From: Bacillota bacterium
Lineage (GTDB): Bacteria > Bacillota > Dehalobacteriia > UBA4068 > UBA4997
Assembly: GCA_021771915.1 (NCBI GenBank)
Contig: JAETNY010000011.1
Coordinates: forward strand, 3,473 to 67,472
Direction: 5' to 3'
DNA length: 64,000 nt
Of the stretch, positions 10,801 through 18,994 are shown in pieces. The position numbers were made by a program, and so were the translations under genes. Positions within the stretch are counted from its first letter, which is position 1. Every line of letters begins with the position of its first letter. The notes beneath the pieces were generated by a model, which did not search any database, was not told the DNA's origin, and saw only the letters and a program-made list of their open reading frames with translations.

Positions 10801-11005
10801 TCATTCTATCTGTGGTTTTAGTTGAGCTATCTGCATACATTTTATATAAATCCTGCGAGGCAATAGCCACTGCCTCGGCAAATAGTTCATCTTGCCGGCA
10901 GAAAGCCATAACCTCATCATCTGCCAGTTTTGCAAAATCATAAAATTCATTCAAACTTCTGGCAGGACAACGCATCAATACATGGTTTGCCGCTTGATAC
11001 TGCAT
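7835..11005 (-). CDS. lanB: Full-length lanthipeptide dehydratase
   Basis: RMTARPTPYGLFAG; WIYFKIY, FFIKYADP..HIRLR, YEREIERYGG, HMFCNR; ATG 11005 follows RBS gaggtg. Confidence 0.96.
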   Translation of the reverse strand: MQYQAANHVLMRCPARSLNEFYDFAKLADDEVMAFCRQDELFAEAVAIASQDLYKMYADSSTKTTDRMIESVKKYYGRMTARPTPYGLFAGVATAEFSSEGTDICLAGQEQYHKICRVDNEWYFKLVKKIEEMPGLLLNLQVIFNKHCYKAKSRLKNCYCSNLRKENVEHAEDLSIKYTKQVDYVREFAADFVPFKDLRNFLFAKNPNVPQKIIDKFLKELLQNEYIYTNICVLSKEDDPLHSLLQNNKFIDLLAEEQALIDKLVEIDKLREEYAKAQFGKGEEILASLTGLMEQVVKAKNYIYTILKLDSENNKLDIKIKNELEEFSDFMMSLATPYNEDEKLQAFKNIFMVKYGSDALIPLTEVIDTDIGLGLPYNGYMAEAAEGGNSRHAYRKLNVIKGMLENKIMTALRQGRSVVEITDADIETIKAIDSEEMAKLNYASSYSLNVFVTNADTGYEIYIGPNVGSAQAGNGISRFDSALNTDFSQEMDEIYRREKLHHSEDYVIADVYEVSHYLRNTNLYSYKRQYDHNLYLGITEFEHNTSLNLNDLYLGHDPKKNQMFIWSKSLQKRVKFITNSMYNVFSSNPVIRFLRSISATYEVSPIQNLFMLQSMKYAYCPKIKFGNIVLSNEKWRLDPEQFTGKLLDQFATELKEYLQIWKLPKYVYYAHMDNRLVLDLENEFTFKLLYRALVKQRKEVVLERMEYENISTSLVKDEKHRFYAAEFSVPFFRVDLQEHISSANENTSGSFYAVRNVLSSFYTPDRVLYPGDEGWIYFKIYVNKMQASTFLAKYLEPFIDDMFYQSIIKKFFFIKYADPKYHIRLRLQITKPDKLGEIMQKFREWFNLLQENLISYEYIISQYEREIERYGGSNLIRYAENYFCYDSRFVIALLQEISKNAGEIQREKIGIWVMQNLVGCFYDGIQATNDFFVKYMDNIKYKEVFRKQKKDYLNAIEDNYIKNFSAKVQRIAEERTAVIQQYARQIKQVEATGQLANSIDNILLTLIHMFCNRYDGNREWEHKVSFLTRHAIFTKSNMLLHDASNVKKGAQFNDVK

Positions 11006-11027
11006 AATAATCACCTCGTTAATTTAG

Positions 11028-12209
11028 TTAATCATATCTTAAAGCGTCTATCGGCTCTAAACGGGCGGCTCTGTTAGCTGGCAAAAAGCCGAAAACAACG
11101 CCCAAACCAACCGAAACGCCAAAGGATAACAAAATCGAATCCACCGCCAGCATAAAGGGTAAATTCATAACCTGACAGGCAACGAAACCGACCGCTGTGC
11201 CGGCAGCAATCCCTAGCAGGCCGCCCACGGCGCTGGTGCTGGCAGCTTCGATAATGAATTGCAGGCGAATATCACTGCGCCTTGCCCCGAAAGACTTGCG
11301 CACGCCAATCTCTTTAGTGCGCTCCTGCACAGAAACCGACATAATATTCATAATGCCCACGCCGCCCACCAGCAGCGCAATACCAGCAATTGCTTTCAGC
11401 ACCGAAAGCATACCGCTCTGCATAGATAACATCATTTCCATACGCTCCTTTTGGCTGGTTACGTTAAAATAATCATCTTTTTCGTAACATTCCAGCAGGC
11501 TCTTTTCAATCGCCGCCACCGCCTGCTCCGAGCAGTCCCGGCTCACTGAATTAAGATTGAAGCTGCTCACAAAAGGCGTTTCGCCTAGCTTCAGCACGTT
11601 AGTGTAAGGAATATAAACCACATCATCAGCGCTGCCTGCGCCAGTTTCCAATTCGCCAAAGCTATTAAGCACGCCAACAACCGTATAATTTCTGCCCCGT
11701 ATTTTCAACGTACCGCCCAATGCCGCACCGTTCATAATCTCCTCGGCCACAAAACGCCCCACCACGCAGACGCTGGCGCGGCGTTCAATATCCATATACT
11801 GCAAAAAATCACCCTCGGCCACTTCCATAAGCTGGGTTTGAGGATAGGCCTCGCTGACCCCGGAAATAACCGTCTGCATATAACGCTTATTTCCGTATTT
11901 AACGCCGCCGCCCAAGCCCACAATCGGACTTAAATCACAGAGCAGGGTAGGATTATTGCTCACCAACTCATACATATCCGAAACCGTAATCCGTCTTGTA
12001 GAATCCCTGTTATAGATATTAACGCTAATCATATTTGCGCCCATATTGTCAAACTGCGCCTCCACCTGCGCCAACGTGCCCCGGCCAATGGTCATAATCA
12101 CAATAACCGCCGCCACGCCTACAATAATACCCAGCATAGTCAGCAAAGAGCGCATTTTGCGTGCCAACAGGCTTTTCAGAGCCATTACAAAGGCTTGCCG
12201 AATATCCAT
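11028..12209 (-). CDS. MacB/FtsX-type ABC permease
   Basis: RSLLTMLGIIVGV, GGVGIMNIM..ERTKEIG, PANRAARLEPIDALRYD. Confidence 0.93.
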   Translation of the reverse strand: MDIRQAFVMALKSLLARKMRSLLTMLGIIVGVAAVIVIMTIGRGTLAQVEAQFDNMGANMISVNIYNRDSTRRITVSDMYELVSNNPTLLCDLSPIVGLGGGVKYGNKRYMQTVISGVSEAYPQTQLMEVAEGDFLQYMDIERRASVCVVGRFVAEEIMNGAALGGTLKIRGRNYTVVGVLNSFGELETGAGSADDVVYIPYTNVLKLGETPFVSSFNLNSVSRDCSEQAVAAIEKSLLECYEKDDYFNVTSQKERMEMMLSMQSGMLSVLKAIAGIALLVGGVGIMNIMSVSVQERTKEIGVRKSFGARRSDIRLQFIIEAASTSAVGGLLGIAAGTAVGFVACQVMNLPFMLAVDSILLSFGVSVGLGVVFGFLPANRAARLEPIDALRYD

Positions 12210-12937
12210 TATTCCGCCGCCACAACCGCCTCCGGCGCGTCTGCCGTTCCGTCATAAACAATTTTGCCGTCCTCAAGCCGAATAATTCGCTGTGCCTGCC
12301 GGGCAATGGCGTTATCGTGAGTAATCAGCACCACCGTACGCCCCTCAATATTCAGCTGCTTCAAATAAGCCAAAATCTCCCGACCAGTTTGGCTGTCCAA
12401 TGCACCGGTGGGCTCGTCCGCCAAAATCACCGCCGGCTCGCCAGCCAAGGCTCTGGCAATCGCCACCCGCTGCTGCTGACCGCCGGAAAGCTGATTCGGC
12501 ACATTCTGCGCTTTATCCGCCAGCCCCACCTGCTCCAACAGTTTCAGCGAGCGTTTGTGCCGCTCTCCTGCGGGCATACCGGCGTATAGCATTGCCAGTT
12601 CCACATTCTCGCAAAGGTTCAGCTTGGGTATTAAATTATACTGCTGGAAAATAAAGCCCAGCGTTTTGTTACGCAGTTTGGCCTTGGCATTATCGTCCAT
12701 ACTTAAAACATCTGCCCCGGCCAGATGATAACTGCCGGAGGTGGGCTTATCCAAACAGCCGATGATATTCATACAAGTGGATTTGCCGCTGCCGGAGGCC
12801 CCCACAATCGCCGCAAACTCGCCTCGGCGTATTTCCAAGCTTACGCCGTCCAAAGCGTGAACCGACGTTTCCCCAGTTTGATAAATTTTATATACATCTT
12901 GCAATTTGATGAGAACATCGTTATTTTGTTCATTCAT
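12209..12937 (-). CDS. MacB/LolD-type ABC ATPase
   Basis: GASGSGKST, LSGGQQQRV, ILADEPTGALD. Confidence 0.95.
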   Translation of the reverse strand: MNEQNNDVLIKLQDVYKIYQTGETSVHALDGVSLEIRRGEFAAIVGASGSGKSTCMNIIGCLDKPTSGSYHLAGADVLSMDDNAKAKLRNKTLGFIFQQYNLIPKLNLCENVELAMLYAGMPAGERHKRSLKLLEQVGLADKAQNVPNQLSGGQQQRVAIARALAGEPAVILADEPTGALDSQTGREILAYLKQLNIEGRTVVLITHDNAIARQAQRIIRLEDGKIVYDGTADAPEAVVAAE

Positions 12938-12955
12938 TAACTGTATACTCCTTGA

Positions 12956-14437
12956 TTAGTTTTCGGCTGTGCCGACTGCTCCTGTCGGAATGACTATTTT
13001 CTCGCCCTCCTGCACGCCGGAAACAATTTCTACATAATAATCATCATTCATACCCAACTCTACCTGCCGCCAAGTATAGCCCGGCAAATCGCTTGGCTGT
13101 CCCTCCGAACCCTCGACCAGCAGCATATTGCCCCGGCTTACGGCGTTCATCGGCACAACCAGCACATCTTCTGCCTGCTGCAAAACCACCTCGGCGTTGA
13201 CGTTCATACCCGGCAACAGTGCGCCGAACTCGTCCAGCGTTACAGTAATGGGGTAAGTGGTAACGCCGTTGCTGCTGTTGCCTTTAATGCTGATTTTGCT
13301 GACATAGCCTGCAAACTCTTGCCCCTGCAAAGCATCAGCCACCACCTGCACCGGCTGGCCAACTTTAATCAGGCCGATGTCCAGTTCGTCAACGTTCATC
13401 ACAAATTCCAGTTTGCTCATATCGTAGATAACTGCCATTTCGCTGGCGTTATTATTACTGTCGATTGTGTCGCCCTGCTCGAATTTCTTTTCAATCACCG
13501 TCCCAGCAATCGGCGAAGTGATTGTGTAATACGCCAGCGCCGCCTGTGCGTTATCCTGCTCAATTCTGGCTCGGCGCAGGTCATTTTCCAAACTATCGTC
13601 AGATAAACGAATAAGCGTCTGGCCTTTCTGCACACGCTCGCCCTCGCTCACCAGAATTTCCGCAACATCGCCGCTAGCTTTGGCTAAAATCTGCTCACTA
13701 TAATTATATTCCAGCAGACCACTGCGCACACTGGTAAAACCGCCAGCATCGGCCGCCGCCCAATCCCCCTCCTGCAAACTGCCGGGATTTTCAACAGCAA
13801 TAGTTAATTTATGGGTCAGCACGCCGCCGGAGCTTACCTGTTCCACACTGGAAATTGCCTTAATCGTGCCGCTGATACGCTGACCGTCGTTTTCCAAAAT
13901 AACCTCTGCGGCCTGCCCAACTTGCAGCTGCTCGGCTTCGTCAGTTTTGAAAGGCGCGTCCAGCAGCATAATATCCCGGTCGCGCAGATACAAAAGCTGA
14001 CTGCCCACATTCACGCTGTCGCCAGTCTCGCAATGGACTGTTACGACCTGACCAGTCTCCGGCGCAGTTACATTCAATTCCGCAATCTCTGTTTCGGCTT
14101 CTTGCAAGTTAAGTCGAGCCAGATTATAGCTGTTTTGCGCCCGGCCTGCGTCTATCTGATATAGCAGCTGCCCGGCTTCAATCATATCCCCCTCGCTAAA
14201 GGGTGCGCTTAAAACATCGCCGGTAACCAGCGCCTTAACGGTATAGGAGTTCACCGGCTGCACAGAGCCTACGCCCTCCATAATTGAGATAATAGAGCTG
14301 CGTTCCACTAATTGATAGCGATACGCCGGACTTTCCGCATTTTGCGCTCTATCCTGCCGGCCAACAAACCACCAAATTGCAATTCCCGCTATTATTAGCA
14401 ACAAGATAGCAATTACAATTTTTTTCCTTTTTAACAT
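12956..14437 (-). CDS. Membrane-fusion/adaptor protein (MacA/YknX-like)
   Basis: N-terminal TM anchor, repeated lipoyl-like motifs (VSEGERVQKGQ, ITSPIAGTV), LLPGMNV. Confidence 0.9.
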   Translation of the reverse strand: MLKRKKIVIAILLLIIAGIAIWWFVGRQDRAQNAESPAYRYQLVERSSIISIMEGVGSVQPVNSYTVKALVTGDVLSAPFSEGDMIEAGQLLYQIDAGRAQNSYNLARLNLQEAETEIAELNVTAPETGQVVTVHCETGDSVNVGSQLLYLRDRDIMLLDAPFKTDEAEQLQVGQAAEVILENDGQRISGTIKAISSVEQVSSGGVLTHKLTIAVENPGSLQEGDWAAADAGGFTSVRSGLLEYNYSEQILAKASGDVAEILVSEGERVQKGQTLIRLSDDSLENDLRRARIEQDNAQAALAYYTITSPIAGTVIEKKFEQGDTIDSNNNASEMAVIYDMSKLEFVMNVDELDIGLIKVGQPVQVVADALQGQEFAGYVSKISIKGNSSNGVTTYPITVTLDEFGALLPGMNVNAEVVLQQAEDVLVVPMNAVSRGNMLLVEGSEGQPSDLPGYTWRQVELGMNDDYYVEIVSGVQEGEKIVIPTGAVGTAEN

Positions 14438-14450
14438 TTTTATAAATTCC

Positions 14451-15677
14451 TTAATCGCTGTTTATAGCGTCTACAATTTCCATTTTCGCCGCTTGTTTTG
14501 CCGGATATGTACCAAAAGCCCAACCAATCAATATAGTAATAACAACTGCCACTAATACAGGCCAAATAGCAGCATACAAATAACTGAAAGAAGATTGTGT
14601 CCACAGTATAAGAAATAAAACTACAAAAAAACCTGATAAGACACCTAATAAACCGCCTATCAAACCAGTAATAACCGCCTCCAGTGCAAATTGTTGCTGA
14701 ATATTGCGATTAGTTGCGCCAAAAGCCTTGCGAATACCAATTTCTTTAGTTCGAGCCTGCACACCAGCTAGCATAACATTCATAATGCCTACGCCGCCGA
14801 CAAGCAACACAATACCTGAAAAAAAACTCCAATGAATAGCATCACCAAGAATATAACCGCGTACCATTTCCGAGGTATCTCCAATGCTATAAACCTGCAA
14901 TATCCAACCATTATTTTCTTCTCTTCTAGTGCGCTCACAAAGCATTTCTTTTATTAAGACCTGGGTTTTATACATATTTTCTTTACCATTGGCACAGACA
15001 AAATATTTATCATTATAATTACCATAGGAACTTATTGATTCACCATTAATCTTTCTAGCATTAGTGTAAGGAATATAAACCTCATTATTTCTGATAGGTA
15101 TAATATCATTTTGCACATCAGCAAACACACCAATTACAGTGTAATTTTCACCCCAAATTTTCAAAGTTTGTCCTAATGCATTGCCTTCCATCAAGTCATT
15201 AGCAATACTGTGGCCAATCACACAAACATTACGCTCTCTGGAAATATCCATATATTCCAGAAAACGTCCCTCATGCAAACGCAACACCGGCACCATATCA
15301 AGATAGCTGCTGTTCACACCATAAACTCGCGCATCATCTTTCGTTCTTTCACCATATCTCACGCCTCCAGGCAAGTCAAATTCAACATATGGTGATATAC
15401 CACTGATAATCTCTGGATTGTCCTGCGCTAGTTGTTCCATATCGCTTGGCATGACTTTCATTGGCAAATCCACACTCACATAAGTCCAGGTTTGCATAAG
15501 CGTTGGAGCATATTCATCTTGCTGTATCTGAAGATCCATCAATGAAATATTATTGGCAGTCCAAGCAAAAACAAATCCAGCTATACCGATAACCATACCT
15601 AGAATAGCTTGCAAACAACGCCCTTTATTAACAAATAAACTTCTGACAGAATTTTGCAATGTTTGTCTAATATTCAT
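14451..15677 (-). CDS. Second MacB/FtsX-type ABC permease
   Basis: GGVGIMNVM..RTKEIGIRKAFGA; start placed at ATG 15677 (MNIRQ, RBS aagga; parallels MDIRQ of the paralog). Confidence 0.9.
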   Translation of the reverse strand: MNIRQTLQNSVRSLFVNKGRCLQAILGMVIGIAGFVFAWTANNISLMDLQIQQDEYAPTLMQTWTYVSVDLPMKVMPSDMEQLAQDNPEIISGISPYVEFDLPGGVRYGERTKDDARVYGVNSSYLDMVPVLRLHEGRFLEYMDISRERNVCVIGHSIANDLMEGNALGQTLKIWGENYTVIGVFADVQNDIIPIRNNEVYIPYTNARKINGESISSYGNYNDKYFVCANGKENMYKTQVLIKEMLCERTRREENNGWILQVYSIGDTSEMVRGYILGDAIHWSFFSGIVLLVGGVGIMNVMLAGVQARTKEIGIRKAFGATNRNIQQQFALEAVITGLIGGLLGVLSGFFVVLFLILWTQSSFSYLYAAIWPVLVAVVITILIGWAFGTYPAKQAAKMEIVDAINSD

Positions 15678-15755
15678 TCTATATTCCTTTGGCATAATGT
15701 TCTGATAAAATATATACAAATGTGGGCTATAAAATTTCAAAATTTATTTAAGTAA

Positions 15756-15938
15756 TTATCTGTCGCAAGGCATAGTAGACACACCACCGCAGGACATGCT
15801 ACAATCACCACAAGTATCACAATTGGAAAGACAATCATTGCATGTACCACAGCCAGTTCTGAAAGTGATTGCCTTAGTGCTATCATCAACATTTGTTCCA
15901 ACAGTTACATCCAGATCAAAATCTTCGTACATTGCCAT
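15756..15938 (-). CDS. lanA: Class I lanthipeptide precursor, FDLD leader
   Basis: MAMYEDFDLDV leader; Ser/Thr/Cys-rich core; strong RBS aggaggaggtg; same strand as lanBC. Confidence 0.93.
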   Translation of the reverse strand: MAMYEDFDLDVTVGTNVDDSTKAITFRTGCGTCNDCLSNCDTCGDCSMSCGGVSTMPCDR

Positions 15939-16027
15939 TATTTTTCACCTCCTCCTGCTTGCTGACCAAGTTTACACAAATGCGTCCTCGCATCGGCCAA
16001 CACAAACCTTTGCAACAATTATTTGCC

Positions 16028-16059
16028 GCAGATGATAGCTAAAATTTGCTATCATCTGC
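16028..16059. promoter_or_regulatory. Perfect 12-bp hairpin/operator in the lanA leader
   Basis: gcagatgatagc-taaaattt-gctatcatctgc. Confidence 0.6.
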
Positions 16060-16189
16060 AACATCGTTTTATAATGACTGGCCTTGGTAAGTATTTTATA
16101 GCCCACAAATGTATCAAATTTAATAGATTGATAAAAATTACTTTTCATAATAATCTTGTTTGATAATTTATTTAGTAATTTTTACCTTT

Positions 16190-16230
16190 CTATTATATAA
16201 GCAGCACGAGAAGGGCAAAATGTAACGCTA
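16190..16230 (-). promoter_or_regulatory. Putative ECF-sigma promoter upstream of lanA
   Basis: 35/41 identical to 17677-17717. Confidence 0.7.
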
Positions 16231-16284
16231 AATTTTAAAATATTTTCGCAAACCTAACTTTTAGCTTCATTTTGCCATTTAAGC

Positions 16285-16327
16285 AAAAAAAAATTGCACA
16301 TCACAGAAGCAAATCTGCAATGTGCAA
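16285..16327 (-). terminator. Intrinsic terminator of the anti-sigma operon
   Basis: ttgcacat/atgtgcaa stem followed by 9 T on the minus strand. Confidence 0.75.
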
Positions 16328-16354
16328 CAAATAAAATTATCAAATTATAATTTA

Positions 16355-16783
16355 TTATACCGCAGCCGTGATAAATTCTCTGGAATCATATCCGCCTTTT
16401 TCAGCATAAAAATATACCTTGGCTCGATATTGGTAACCTGATTTAGCGCCATAATAATACACATTTGATGCATGTCGTCTGGTATTATAGGCCAACATAT
16501 TAGAATTATCATTACTGGACATTGTAGCCACCGCTGTCCAACTGCTCGAACCCAGCGCTTTCTCCTGAATAACGATCGTTTTAGCTCCGATTACATCCAT
16601 TGTGCCAGTACCGCTTATATTAAAAGTTACTGTTATTGTATTTCCAGAAGAACGAGCTGCCTGTGCCACGCAATCTGTAATATATTCACTGGAATAAATT
16701 GTAGCATTAGCAACAGATGTAATACAAAAAAATGCAACCAAAATTAATGATATTAAAGAAATTCTTTTATACATTATTTTCAC
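16355..16783 (-). CDS. Secreted hypothetical protein coupled to the anti-sigma gene
   Basis: Signal peptide ending ANA; 4-nt overlap with upstream gene. Confidence 0.8.
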   Translation of the reverse strand: MKIMYKRISLISLILVAFFCITSVANATIYSSEYITDCVAQAARSSGNTITVTFNISGTGTMDVIGAKTIVIQEKALGSSSWTAVATMSSNDNSNMLAYNTRRHASNVYYYGAKSGYQYRAKVYFYAEKGGYDSREFITAAV

Positions 16784-17661
16784 TCTCCATAAATTGAATT
16801 TATTATATTTTCAGCATCTTCTAAAGAGAAATGACCTTTAATAGAACCTGCATAATCTTCATTCCGCCATACTATTGCTCTAATACCTAAATTATCCATA
16901 ATATAATACTTGGTACCATACATTTCATATTCAGTAACTTCCGAAGTATCTTTTTCATATAATGGAGTATTATTATCGTTTATGGGAAACATATAATCTA
17001 TATACAATTCATCAATGCTGTTATTTTTTTCTCTGACAAAATCGGCACAAATACTATTTAATGCACCATCTTTGAATAAATCTACTTTATCAAATACATA
17101 ACCCTCCGGCAGCCATTCAGGCACTAATTGAAGTCCCCCAGCATAATCCGCTACAACATCAGCTAACTCGGTAGTTACGGTAACCGGTTCAAACCAAAAC
17201 TGATCGTCATTCCATCTGCCGATAACGCCAAGAGGGTTATAACCCAAAGCATATGCCGTAGCGGTCCCAATAGATAGAAACAACACCAGAACTGCTACCG
17301 CGCTAGAAAATTTACGCCAGCTTTTTTTGACAAAAGATAAAACCTTACCTTGAGAATTTTCCTGCGGAATATTATTGCTTACCTCTTTGTCCGTCTCATC
17401 ATCAAAGGTATATAACCCTTCTTCCTTTTGAGCCATAGGATAATAATATTCAAAAAATTCATTCAATGAAGTTTCAACATCTTTATGCTCAACATTACGG
17501 CGTTCCGCTATCAGATTGGCAATATATAAGGCCTCCTCCGCATCAATCTGTTCAGCTTCTGGGGCGTCAAAATCAGCTCGCAGAATCGCCTCTAAAACAG
17601 ATGTATCTAGCAAGTCGAATTTCTTATAATTTGGACACCCTTTTGCTTCGACTTTCGACAT
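16780..17661 (-). CDS. Single-pass membrane anti-sigma factor (DUF4367-like C-terminus)
   Basis: Central TM helix, VPEWLPEGY motif, directly downstream of the ECF sigma. Confidence 0.78.
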   Translation of the reverse strand: MSKVEAKGCPNYKKFDLLDTSVLEAILRADFDAPEAEQIDAEEALYIANLIAERRNVEHKDVETSLNEFFEYYYPMAQKEEGLYTFDDETDKEVSNNIPQENSQGKVLSFVKKSWRKFSSAVAVLVLFLSIGTATAYALGYNPLGVIGRWNDDQFWFEPVTVTTELADVVADYAGGLQLVPEWLPEGYVFDKVDLFKDGALNSICADFVREKNNSIDELYIDYMFPINDNNTPLYEKDTSEVTEYEMYGTKYYIMDNLGIRAIVWRNEDYAGSIKGHFSLEDAENIINSIYGE

Positions 17662-17676
17662 AACAAAACCCCCCTC

Positions 17677-17717
17677 CTATAATATAAGCAGCATAACAAG
17701 TGCAAAATATAACGCTA
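17677..17717 (-). promoter_or_regulatory. Putative ECF-sigma promoter upstream of the anti-sigma gene
   Basis: Second copy of the 41-bp sequence, ending just before RBS ggaggg. Confidence 0.7.
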
Positions 17718-17745
17718 CAATTTATGTTTTTTTATAAAAATTTCA

Positions 17746-18333
17746 CTATTTTTTATTGCCAAATAATTTGCGTATTTTTATTCTTGCCCGATATAAACGC
17801 TGCTCAATTACTCTAATGCTCACGCCATACTTATCTGCAAGATCTTTTAAGGATTTATCCTCGACAGTAAATTCTTTTATCAGCTGGAACTCCTTATGTA
17901 CAGCTAAATCAGAATATAAGAAATCTACATCTTCATCCATAGGCTTGTTATCAACAAAATCTTCCATACCCATCTCAACACCAAATTCTATATCCGCCTG
18001 TTGAGGTAAATATACCATTAATTGTGCAAGCTGCTGTTTTTTTCTTATAATCTGCGATATAGATAACTTTAAAGATTTATAAAGCCATTTTACAGGATCA
18101 TCATATTGCATAACTTTCTCTATCTTATACTTACCATCATCATCTTTCTTATCTTTCCTGCAAAGATCTAAAAAAACATTTTGCACTGCCTCTTCCGCAT
18201 TACTTTTTTCCAAACGACCTATTGCATAATTAAAAAGCGACTCCTGATTAGTTCTATATAATTTTTCTATAAATTCTCGTTCTTCCTTAGTTAATTCACA
18301 TCGCTCCTGTCGTCGCTTGTCCATAATTCCCAT
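17746..18333 (-). CDS. ECF-type RNA polymerase sigma factor
   Basis: Region 2 AEEAVQNVFL...WLY; region 4 SLKDLADKYGVS..RLYRARIKIR. Confidence 0.85.
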   Translation of the reverse strand: MGIMDKRRQERCELTKEEREFIEKLYRTNQESLFNYAIGRLEKSNAEEAVQNVFLDLCRKDKKDDDGKYKIEKVMQYDDPVKWLYKSLKLSISQIIRKKQQLAQLMVYLPQQADIEFGVEMGMEDFVDNKPMDEDVDFLYSDLAVHKEFQLIKEFTVEDKSLKDLADKYGVSIRVIEQRLYRARIKIRKLFGNKK

Positions 18334-18353
18334 TCCACCTCACAAAAAATATA

Positions 18354-18725
18354 TCACATATTTATTATATCACTTTCCCTGGAATTTTCCAGAGCTTTAA
18401 CCAAAGTTCTCATAACATCTTCCACTATCTCCAAATCTTTTTCGTTTTTACCTTTTAATAGAGCTATAATGTTATTCATTGTAACATTGTCATCTTCCTC
18501 AGCAAATAAACTATCCATACTTATTCCAAGAATTTCCGTTATTTTAACCAACGTGTTAACAGTCATTTCCCTTGACCCATTTTCGATTTTGTTATAAAGA
18601 GGTTGTGTTATACCAATATTGTGAGCCATAAAATCTTGTGTAAGATTCATTTTCTCACGGTAAAAAAGTATATTTTTTATAAGCCTTTGTTTTACCTCAG
18701 AATCTAATTTATATTTCATTACCAA
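18354..18725 (-). CDS. XRE-family HTH regulator
   Basis: YREKMNLTQDFMAHNIGITQPLYNKIENG. Confidence 0.9.
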   Translation of the reverse strand: MVMKYKLDSEVKQRLIKNILFYREKMNLTQDFMAHNIGITQPLYNKIENGSREMTVNTLVKITEILGISMDSLFAEEDDNVTMNNIIALLKGKNEKDLEIVEDVMRTLVKALENSRESDIINM

Positions 18726-18994
18726 TCTCCTTAAGCATAATATGTTATATATAGTATAACTTAATCTTTTTGTTTACATAATGCACTAACTGGCATATTA
18801 TTTATGACATAATATAAGGACATTATATTTTACAGAAAACAAACCAACCTAGAATAATTTTTTTAGTTAATTGCTATTGACACACTGGCTATTTTTTCAA
18901 ACGTATGTTAAAATGCTTAATAACCAGCTGCACAAAAAAGATTCTGGACTTTAAACTCGCTATGTGCTAAACTATTTATAAAGGAGGATATCTA

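Larger units (their letters stand above)
15714..16114. repeat. Inverted repeat pair enclosing lanA (15-bp perfect: 15721-15735 / 16093-16107; 20/22 when extended)
   Basis: tgtgggctataaaat ... attttatagcccaca, each abutting an aca-AA-tgt core. Confidence 0.9.

Noticed and set aside
15678-15740. ORF-track upstream start of the second permease
   Set aside because: ATG 15677 has an RBS and matches the paralog N-terminus, so the inverted repeat is non-coding
15756-15938. Calling the small Cys-rich ORF a ferredoxin or ranthipeptide
   Set aside because: FDLD leader and linked lanBC indicate LanA; no SPASM radical SAM nearby, and the radical SAM-like gene 28 kb away lies in the transfer region
15972-16148. 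58-codon minus-strand ORF in the lanA leader
   Set aside because: No RBS, no precursor-like features, and it runs across the inverted repeat and hairpin
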